Source: an uncultured virus (IMG/VR IMGVR_UViG_3300027977_000026) (Duplodnaviria; Heunggongvirae; Uroviricota; Caudoviricetes). Taken from it: 64,000 nt of DNA. The stretch is taken from the IMG/VR virus record IMGVR_UViG_3300027977_000026. One strand, written 5' to 3'. The number at the start of each line of letters is the position of its first letter. Position 1 is the stretch's first letter. The position numbers and the translations under genes were made by a program. The notes beneath the pieces were generated by a model. That model searched no databases, had not been told where the DNA came from, and saw nothing but the letters and a program-made list of their open reading frames with translations. Shown here in pieces: positions 56,774-64,000 of this stretch.

Positions 56774-57894
56774 ACGTCTTCTTTTGAAGATTTAACAGCT
56801 TTTGTACTCTTGGTAGGCTCTGCTGCATCACTAGTAGTACTACCATACTTGTATGCGGCTTCGAGCTTTTTATCAAGATGTGGAATTAACTCTTCAAAGA
56901 ATTTTGAATCCTTGGTGAAGTTTTTTGCATATCCCAACTTGGTACCATCAGGTCTTTGATATGTGGCACCAGTTTGAATGATGAGTCCATGATTAACTGC
57001 CATTTCAAGCAAGCCACTGTACTTGTCCAATCCAGTCAAGTAATTCAACTGAATACTTGCTTCTAGAAATGGTGGAACGAAGCGATTCTTCACTGTTAAC
57101 GCTCGCAATGTTACCCCACTGAAGTTTTTTGCTTCTGGAAGAATAGCATCATCTTCATTATTTGCATCCTGCTTCTCATTTCTCTTGGCCAACTGCACAA
57201 TGACGCTAGCCATGTACAATGGGCCACTACCGCCACTCTGATTTTGCACTAGAGAGGGATACAAAGAAGCAGGATCACTGTAAGTATGATTGGTCATTAA
57301 TATAGTAACACCAGCGCGACCTGCTTTGTAAGTCAATAAGCGTAACAAGCTTTTCAGCCCCTTTGCTCTTGTGCCCATGTCAGAGGCACCCTTGTCTTTC
57401 TCTGCATCAGTTACTTCTTTACTACTTGCAAGATTGCCCAAGCTATCCAAACTAATAATAAATTTACCTTGCATGTTGTGCTCCACAATACTATCAAGGA
57501 ATGTACTGATCTGATTGCGTGCATTTTCCACTGTGTACACTGGCACATATTTGGTCTTGTCAGGGTCTAGACCAACACCTGCAGTGGTATTCTTATCAAT
57601 GGCAAACTCTGTGTCAAAAATAACAGGTGTAATACCTTTCTTTTGAGCAAGACCAAGAATCTTATTAACCAACAAAGTCTTACCGGTCTGTGAGGGACCA
57701 GCAAAGATAACCAAACGACCCTTGGGTACACCGCCATCTTTTAGTTTGCCTGAGATAATTGCGTTCAATGCATAGCATCCAGTATCATACCAAGTATCCA
57801 CATTGCACAACGCATTCTCTGAGAGAAAGGTTGCCTCTGGATTGAGTGCATCTAACGTTTTAAATGCTTTTGAGAGTAATTCGTCTTGGTTCAT
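56770..57894 (-). CDS. uvsX: RecA-like recombinase UvsX
   Basis: 374 aa; DTGCYALNAIISG, GPSQTGKT, FDTE, LDSLGNL, DMGTRAK, TNHTY, SGGSG, KNRF. Confidence 0.93.
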   Translation of the reverse strand: MNQDELLSKAFKTLDALNPEATFLSENALCNVDTWYDTGCYALNAIISGKLKDGGVPKGRLVIFAGPSQTGKTLLVNKILGLAQKKGITPVIFDTEFAIDKNTTAGVGLDPDKTKYVPVYTVENARNQISTFLDSIVEHNMQGKFIISLDSLGNLASSKEVTDAEKDKGASDMGTRAKGLKSLLRLLTYKAGRAGVTILMTNHTYSDPASLYPSLVQNQSGGSGPLYMASVIVQLAKRNEKQDANNEDDAILPEAKNFSGVTLRALTVKNRFVPPFLEASIQLNYLTGLDKYSGLLEMAVNHGLIIQTGATYQRPDGTKLGYAKNFTKDSKFFEELIPHLDKKLEAAYKYGSTTSDAAEPTKSTKAVKSSKEDV

Positions 57895-58250
57895 TATTCG
57901 TCAAACAACTTGATAACAGACGTTTCACCGCCAGATTTCTGTTGAGGCACGGATGCAGGGGTACCAGCAGCAATGCGTTCATACTGAGAAATCAAACGTG
58001 CATCCAGTTCAGCATCAGTAGTGACAATCTTATCAAGAGGGAAGTTAAATGTAGCACCTTCCTTGCTTGAAGTAGTGAGAAACTCTCTAAAGAATAATGG
58101 AATTAGCTGCACTTGCAGTTGGCCTGATTGATTAGGCACAACATGAAGAATAGCAGGATCCCTTAGAGAGAGAGTAGTCTTACTCTCCCCCACTTGTTTC
58201 CCGATTACGGTTTGACCAACATGGTTAATAATTACTTTTATATCGCTCAT
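57894..58250 (-). CDS. Hypothetical small beta-rich protein
   Basis: 118 aa; first gene of uvsX operon, behind TTGATA-N16-TATATT. Confidence 0.6.
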   Translation of the reverse strand: MSDIKVIINHVGQTVIGKQVGESKTTLSLRDPAILHVVPNQSGQLQVQLIPLFFREFLTTSSKEGATFNFPLDKIVTTDAELDARLISQYERIAAGTPASVPQQKSGGETSVIKLFDE

Positions 58251-58256
58251 ATATAA

Positions 58257-58284
58257 AATATATATTAAACTTTTATAATATCAA
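58257..58284 (-). promoter_or_regulatory. Sigma70-like promoter TTGATA-N16-TATATT for uvsX-queC operon
   Basis: 6 nt before ATG 58250. Confidence 0.65.
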
Positions 58285-60866
58285 GCTAATAATTCAAACA
58301 AATCACATTGCATGGCTTCACCTGGTTTTCTTGGCGTCCAATTCACCGCCTCATAAAACCTCTCAACAGCGCTGTACAGTATTTTGTCAAACATCAAATC
58401 AACATCTGGCTCAAAAATTGTGTTGAATTCTTCTGGGTAATAGTATTTGTAAGCCACTGCGCTTATACCATACTTATTAGGTTGTTTAACATAGAAGAAT
58501 CTAATCTTATCACCACTTGCAATGAGCTCATACTTCTTGCTCATTTTCAATGTCTTGCACAGTGTATTGTGAAAGTAGGCAGCTTTAACATGCAATGGCA
58601 TAGATTTTATTGTCTTGAAACCTTCACATCTTGAGGAATATTTTTCATAGCCCTTCAGCCCCATGACAAAAGATATGTCAGCAACAGGCAGTTCTTTGAA
58701 CTTTCTATAAGCTTCATCCACCACCTCATTTGTTTTGACCTGGCTCTGGGTCAATAGCATGGTTTCAACAATTTTTTTAGCCAACGGCTTGATAGGTGCA
58801 GGCATGGTAGTGCGAGCAATCTCAACGCCTGTATACTTGAATTTATTAGTTGTAATACCTTCTTCATCGAGAATATGCAGAACATATCTTTTTTTCTGCA
58901 AATACAATGCAACATCACATATGGTTTCACGTTTAAACACAATCCTACTGTCCACAGTATTGAGATTTTCCTCACACCATTTCTTAATTTCCACATTCAG
59001 GTGATTTTCTATATCCATTACTTCATCATAAAAATGCTTGGATATTTTATCGTTATTCATGAATTCTAATCCACTATCCACAAGTAACGATAGAGAAGCA
59101 TGTACTGAATCAGTGTCATTGTATATAACACAGGAATACTCTTCAGGAGGTTTCATATTCTTTACCTTGAGCTTCTCTGCAATTAAATTATCTAAGATTT
59201 TGTTGCTTTGTTTGATTACTGCTTGACCAGTTAATGTAATGCTTCTGGCCAAATCATCGTCACCCAGCGGGAAAACTTTATTACCTAGGGCACCGTATAC
59301 AGAATTAATAAAGATTTTTATTGTATGTTGTCTGATGTTAAGTAAGCTTTGCTGGTCTTTTAATGTCTTGTATTCAGGTGTACCTTTCTGCAATGTAGAT
59401 ATTTGTCTGTTTACCTTGGAGAGTTCTTTTCTGATTTGAACTCTGAGTTTATAATAATGATCCACCATTTCAGGTATAATGCCTTTTGTTTTCTGGCTAA
59501 ACAAAACCTTGGCCTTGCTCAGTGTTAATTTCTCTTGTTTTACAAGCTGTGCAAATTTTGCTATGGATAGATCTACTACTCTACCGCTCACATCCCTGAT
59601 TGTTACAGTTTCTTTATCCTGTTTCTCGATTATACCCATCTTTGTCTCTGGTGACAGGTTAAGAGTAATCATAACAGATGGATACAAGCTGTTGGCATCA
59701 AAAGTTACTATATTTTTCTGAAAACCTCTCTGAGGTTCACTCACATAAGCACCTTCATTCTGGCTCCCGTCATCTTCACCCCTTATGAAGGTTGGGATTT
59801 TTTTATCTCTGTATCTAGCTCTAACCGCGCAGGCCCCTATGATTACACTCATACTACCCATGGCAGCTTCAAAAGTTGTTAAACCGAAATAACTTAATGA
59901 TCTTAATAATTCGAAATATTGTAATTTTTCCTCCATCTTCACAAGCAGTCTCACGTCCTGTACGTTGTATTCTACAAACTTGCTCCAATTCTCATCAGCC
60001 AAGCTACTCAAATTAGTTTCTCCATAGTCAATTTTCTGCTCATCAAGCTCTATCTTAGCTATACTATTCAGTTTGTAACTTGCTCTAAGTACCATGCAAA
60101 ACCGTTTGTAGATATCCAGATAATCCAAACATGATACACCATCAATAAACCATCTCACAGTTTGCCTGCCAAATGTTCCTTTCAATGTTTTGAAATAAAC
60201 TCTACCCGTGGGCGAGAGTCTGCCTACTTCCTCCTCACCAAATAAAACTTTAACCCTGTTAATAATATAGGGCAAGTCAAACAAAATGCTATTCCATCCA
60301 AGTAGAACATCTGGTGGGTCGTTCTGCATGAAAGTTAAAAACTTGTCAAACATCTCTTTCTCGGTTTTGCAGTAGTGAAATATTTGATCTTTGGAGTTGG
60401 ATGTGTGGGGCTTAATGCCCCAGGTGATGAATCTTCTGGACAATGAATCATATATGGTTATGACATTTACTGGGTGTTTAGCTTCTTCTGGTATGGGGAA
60501 CTCATCTGGTGAGTACGTTTCAATATCTAGATAGTAAATTTTTATTGGAAATTGAGAGAATTCTGGCGTTTCATTTACCTCCCAGAAGTTATCACATAAA
60601 AACTGCTGAGCAGGAGATAAATTTTCAAAGATTCTGGTTAGACCAACTTCTTTGATATATTTTGATTTCTCAAATTGATTTTTAAAGCTCTTCTTCTTTA
60701 AGGCAGTGTTAAAGATGCTAGTTGCATCAGTAGAGCCTTTTGATTCTACATATATGTAAGGGTTGTATGTGGAGTCTATAGCAATTCTGTTGCCTGCACT
60801 ATCCCAGGTGAAGAGTCTGATCAACTCACTTCTTGGATCGTATACAATATTCCTATATCCCTTCAT
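58281..60866 (-). CDS. gp43: Family B DNA polymerase, gp43-like
   Basis: 861 aa; DIET, FDLPY, YNVQD exonuclease; FDANSLYPS, KIFINSVYG, YNDTDS, KKRY. Confidence 0.97.
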   Translation of the reverse strand: MKGYRNIVYDPRSELIRLFTWDSAGNRIAIDSTYNPYIYVESKGSTDATSIFNTALKKKSFKNQFEKSKYIKEVGLTRIFENLSPAQQFLCDNFWEVNETPEFSQFPIKIYYLDIETYSPDEFPIPEEAKHPVNVITIYDSLSRRFITWGIKPHTSNSKDQIFHYCKTEKEMFDKFLTFMQNDPPDVLLGWNSILFDLPYIINRVKVLFGEEEVGRLSPTGRVYFKTLKGTFGRQTVRWFIDGVSCLDYLDIYKRFCMVLRASYKLNSIAKIELDEQKIDYGETNLSSLADENWSKFVEYNVQDVRLLVKMEEKLQYFELLRSLSYFGLTTFEAAMGSMSVIIGACAVRARYRDKKIPTFIRGEDDGSQNEGAYVSEPQRGFQKNIVTFDANSLYPSVMITLNLSPETKMGIIEKQDKETVTIRDVSGRVVDLSIAKFAQLVKQEKLTLSKAKVLFSQKTKGIIPEMVDHYYKLRVQIRKELSKVNRQISTLQKGTPEYKTLKDQQSLLNIRQHTIKIFINSVYGALGNKVFPLGDDDLARSITLTGQAVIKQSNKILDNLIAEKLKVKNMKPPEEYSCVIYNDTDSVHASLSLLVDSGLEFMNNDKISKHFYDEVMDIENHLNVEIKKWCEENLNTVDSRIVFKRETICDVALYLQKKRYVLHILDEEGITTNKFKYTGVEIARTTMPAPIKPLAKKIVETMLLTQSQVKTNEVVDEAYRKFKELPVADISFVMGLKGYEKYSSRCEGFKTIKSMPLHVKAAYFHNTLCKTLKMSKKYELIASGDKIRFFYVKQPNKYGISAVAYKYYYPEEFNTIFEPDVDLMFDKILYSAVERFYEAVNWTPRKPGEAMQCDLFELLA

Positions 60867-60900
60867 AATTTGATTTTATACTATATTTGATAAAATAATA

Positions 60901-61092
60901 GTGGAAAAGATTATGCAATTCTTTGAGCTCAGTCTGCCTTGCCCTCCGGAGATACAGGACTGTGACCGGCATAGATTGAACTATATGAATGAATTAGACA
61001 CATTGAAGAAATCTGGTGGGTGTGGTGGTTGTGCAGAACGTTCACTCAGAAATAGATATATTAGCCTACTACAGACATGTTTACAGAAATAA
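60901..61092 (+). CDS. Small Cys-rich hypothetical protein
   Basis: 63 aa; C..C and GGCGGC. Confidence 0.5.
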   Translation: MEKIMQFFELSLPCPPEIQDCDRHRLNYMNELDTLKKSGGCGGCAERSLRNRYISLLQTCLQK

Positions 61093-61412
61093 TATTATAT
61101 TTTTTGGGCTTATGCTCAGTATGTAGCTTTTTGCTCTTGTGGTTTGTTTCACCCCTCAAAATAACTCTAGCCAAATTGCTATTTAATGCAGACATAGTGG
61201 ATGTTAAGAATTTTGACGATCTAATATATCTTAAAAGTAAATATCTGTCCAAACTATCCTCTTGTTGGATATGCTGTAGTTTCTGGTCATCGCTGGCTGT
61301 GGGTATTGTCATGGCCATTGTATCGTCCAATCCTGTCTACCCTGTAATTACGTTCTGCACTTATCCTTGTCTAGCTTATGTTTTTAAACGTATCATTGAC
61401 CAAGACCGTTGA
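61077..61412 (+). CDS. Small membrane protein with CxxCxSxW motif (DUF1360-like)
   Basis: 111 aa; hydrophobic segments, LSSCWICCSFW. Confidence 0.55.
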   Translation: MFTEIILYFLGLCSVCSFLLLWFVSPLKITLAKLLFNADIVDVKNFDDLIYLKSKYLSKLSSCWICCSFWSSLAVGIVMAIVSSNPVYPVITFCTYPCLAYVFKRIIDQDR

Positions 61413-62643
61413 TGCGATTCAATCTGGTACGCTTTGGATCACCATAGGGATGACTGAATAATTCATAATAACACTGAATATTTTCTTGATTCTCTAGCCA
61501 TCTTGTGTCTGCATCTTTGCGTCCTTTGGCACACAGATTCATATATCTTCCCTTTTTGCTGAGCACATCATCTATCATGGTCAGCATCTCCTCACCAGTC
61601 TTAAATTTAAACTGAGCGTCCTCATATGTGCATAAATCTTGACATGCTATAGGAAGACCGAAGCTGTTGGCTTCTATTAGCTTCAAATCGGATTTGGACT
61701 TGTTGAAGTTATTGTCCTGCAATGGTGCAACAAGCATATTAACTTTAAGTTTTCTGATGGCCTCACCATAGTGGTAAAGATTGACCCATGGGTGGAATTC
61801 TACTGCACCTGAATCAACAAGTGGTTTGATTGGCAGTGGATAGGCACCTAGAAACACCCACTGATATTTGTGATGGGTATCATAGATAGCTTTGATAACA
61901 TGAGCAAAATCATCATTTTGGTTGACTCTATTCTCTACATCAAAATGTGCCCCAGATCCTGCATACAGAATTCTAGGTTTATTTTTGTGCGTATCATAAT
62001 TGGCACTTATTGCTTTTTCATCATAGAAATGACCTAGCCAGAATTTTGGTGGAAAGTTTGGAATGACGGTTACGTTCTGGTTACCAGTTTTTTCTTTGTA
62101 GTAGTTTTTCATGAAATCACATGTAACTGTAATTTCATCACACATGGACATTATCTCACAAGCATTCTGCCTGATCTGTGGATCAGTGAAAGCAGATTTA
62201 AATTTGTTATAATCAGGAATATCCTCATGAAATACTAGATCGTCAATCTCATATATGATCCTAAACCCTACCTGCTTTGAAACTTCTTTCAAGAACTTAA
62301 CAAACTGCAGTTGTGAAGATGTCGCTTGTCGTTGTATTCTCACAACCTTGGTGTTGATATAATATCTTGGATCCAACACCATCACTGTTGTACCGTGCAC
62401 ACAGAATTCACCGTAGGCATTGCAAAGGTGCTCTGGCCATATCATTCTCCAGAAACCACACCCAGAGTAATCTGCATAATACTGAATGACCCTTGGGTTG
62501 GTGATCTCAGGTGGTTGCGGCGATGTGGGTGCAATCATCGGCGCTTGTGACTGTTGATTGAAAGGATTATTTAAATAAGGTACACTTTGAAGAAGAGGTG
62601 ATGCAAAGGGGTTGCTGTTGAAAGGAGTACCGGTTGTATTCAT
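61393..62643 (-). CDS. GT-B fold glycosyltransferase
   Basis: 416 aa; ADYSGCGFWRM.WP, YEIDD, VIPN, YAGSGAH, APLQDNNFNKSKSDLKLIE. Confidence 0.75.
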   Translation of the reverse strand: MNTTGTPFNSNPFASPLLQSVPYLNNPFNQQSQAPMIAPTSPQPPEITNPRVIQYYADYSGCGFWRMIWPEHLCNAYGEFCVHGTTVMVLDPRYYINTKVVRIQRQATSSQLQFVKFLKEVSKQVGFRIIYEIDDLVFHEDIPDYNKFKSAFTDPQIRQNACEIMSMCDEITVTCDFMKNYYKEKTGNQNVTVIPNFPPKFWLGHFYDEKAISANYDTHKNKPRILYAGSGAHFDVENRVNQNDDFAHVIKAIYDTHHKYQWVFLGAYPLPIKPLVDSGAVEFHPWVNLYHYGEAIRKLKVNMLVAPLQDNNFNKSKSDLKLIEANSFGLPIACQDLCTYEDAQFKFKTGEEMLTMIDDVLSKKGRYMNLCAKGRKDADTRWLENQENIQCYYELFSHPYGDPKRTRLNRINGLGQ

Positions 62644-62677
62644 GTTTAATATATAACAAGTCTGCAGAATATATCAA

Positions 62678-64000
62678 CTACATTACCTTGAAAGGAAGTC
62701 TCGTGGTTATACCGTTCTTTTTCTCCAAATATATAACTTCTCCATTGCATACTTTAGTACATTCTTTTCTATGGGAAATTATGTAGATTCCAAGATTATA
62801 CAAGTTGACTTGTTCATTGAGAATATTTAAAACCAAATCAACACCAGTCTCATCTAGACTTGTATCCAGCAATTCATCGTAAAACTGTATGTTATAAAAT
62901 ACATTACCCTGGAGTCTGAGCATGTCAATAAAGGCAAACATGGTTGCTAAATCTATAACCTTTCTCTCTGCACCACTATAGTTAAAGTAGCTGGTGATCT
63001 TGCCTTTTTCATTAACGATTGTTTCATCAAACAGTTCGTTAAATGTTACAATAGCATTAGAATTGAGCTTTTTGAGGTATATATTGATTTTATTATTGAA
63101 TAACTTTAATATTTTCTTTACTATATAGCTCTTCACACCCTCTTCACTTACTACAAATTTGGATGCTTCGATTAAGCTTAGAACATTTTGAAGCTTATTA
63201 ATCTTTTCCGATATATCTGAAAGTTTTTTAGTATTTTCTTCTATCAATACATCTGAATTTTCATCTGCTATTTTGAGATGGTCAAAATCCTGTTGCAACT
63301 GCTCTAACAGAGTATCAATTTCTGTTAATCTCTTCTTGCTACTCTCAAACTTTTGCGAGTTAAGGTTGTGGAAATTTATATTATTATTGCCCTTTTTTAT
63401 TGCATCCATTATTTTAGTCTTGAGAATATTCAATTCTGAAACCTTATTTTCATTTAGCTTTATATCGTTCTCCGAATCTGTTATTTGTTTTTTGAGCTTT
63501 GCTTTTTCTTCTTTAATTAATCCTTTATCATGCTCTGTAACAGGCTTCAAGCACACTGGGCAGTTGTGTTTATCTGTGCCAATCTTGGATGAAGTTGCAA
63601 TGGCAAATTCATTCTTGGTTTCTAGAGATGCAATAACTTTAGAATATTCTCTAAGCTTATCATCACAATCTTCAAGCTTAACATTTAACTTTACAATATT
63701 AGCTTCTATTTCAGACACATTAATAGGTGCATAGTTGTTTGTAAAATCTAGAGTTGCCTCTTTCTCTTTATGCAGTTCTTTCTGTCTTATGTTTAATTGT
63801 GATCTTCTAAATTCAAAGTCTTTCTTTGTTTTTTCCTTTTGCTTGATTAAATTGTCTAGCATATTTTTTATTTCTTCCTCTCTTGCTAGATTCGCTTCAA
63901 GTTCTTTCTTAGTGGTGTTTAATTCATCTCTGATCATGTTAAGCATCTTGCTAAATACTTCCAGATTGAAGATACCCTCAATAAACTTTCTCTTTTCTAT
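62678..64000 (-). CDS. gp46: Recombination exonuclease ATPase subunit gp46 (Rad50/SbcC-like), 5' truncated
   Basis: Frame open to window edge (IEKRKFIEGIFNL); coiled coil, CPVC hook, YSGAE signature, DELLD, ISH. Confidence 0.92.
   Translation of the reverse strand: MEKRKFIEGIFNLEVFSKMLNMIRDELNTTKKELEANLAREEEIKNMLDNLIKQKEKTKKDFEFRRSQLNIRQKELHKEKEATLDFTNNYAPINVSEIEANIVKLNVKLEDCDDKLREYSKVIASLETKNEFAIATSSKIGTDKHNCPVCLKPVTEHDKGLIKEEKAKLKKQITDSENDIKLNENKVSELNILKTKIMDAIKKGNNNINFHNLNSQKFESSKKRLTEIDTLLEQLQQDFDHLKIADENSDVLIEENTKKLSDISEKINKLQNVLSLIEASKFVVSEEGVKSYIVKKILKLFNNKINIYLKKLNSNAIVTFNELFDETIVNEKGKITSYFNYSGAERKVIDLATMFAFIDMLRLQGNVFYNIQFYDELLDTSLDETGVDLVLNILNEQVNLYNLGIYIISHRKECTKVCNGEVIYLEKKNGITTRLPFKVM

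Noticed and set aside
39188..60866. Introns, inteins or homing endonucleases in gp17, gp41, uvsX or gp43
   Set aside because: All are continuous and of ordinary length, with no intein or endonuclease motifs seen
1..64000. Stop-codon reassignment
   Set aside because: Core genes are full length in the standard code and TAA, TAG and TGA all end genes
1..64000. tRNA, rRNA or large structured ncRNA genes
   Set aside because: Intergenic gaps are all under about 100 bp and no T-loop or cloverleaf signature was seen; tRNAscan-SE and Infernal were not run

Overview
AT-rich 64-kb segment of a T4-like (myovirus-type) bacteriophage genome, about 95% coding in the standard genetic code and mostly on the minus strand. 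Left half, virion genes: gp4 and gp13; a ~21-kb block of very large adhesin-like proteins (PKD, LamG, lectin, FG-GAP and B-repeat-like domains); then gp6, gp25, hub/gp53/gp48/gp26-51/gp54, tail tube gp19, sheath gp18, gp3, terminase gp17 and gp14. Right half, replication/recombination genes: gp61, gp45, gp32, DHH nuclease, gp41, UvsX, gp43 and gp46, with gp44 and dUTPase displaced into the baseplate module. Accessory enzymes are an NDP-sugar reductase, two glycosyltransferases and a cytidylyltransferase/QueC-like/Ntn-glutamine-amidotransferase cassette. Main observations: (1) the QueC-like enzyme has three of four Zn-binding Cys replaced (D,S,S) and abuts a GATase in frame, a candidate undescribed amidation/nucleobase-modification system; (2) nearly every operon has a late TAA(A/G)TA box or a TTGAnn-N16-TAnAnT box 4-9 nt before the start codon, implying a leaderless transcriptome; (3) a promoter-defined nested gene and a 10-codon uORF before the sheath; (4) a dispersed set of late genes with N-terminal L/I-x-E motifs; (5) a ~50-aa GAPY module shared by three virion proteins. 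All product calls come from motif recognition by eye; no database search was run.
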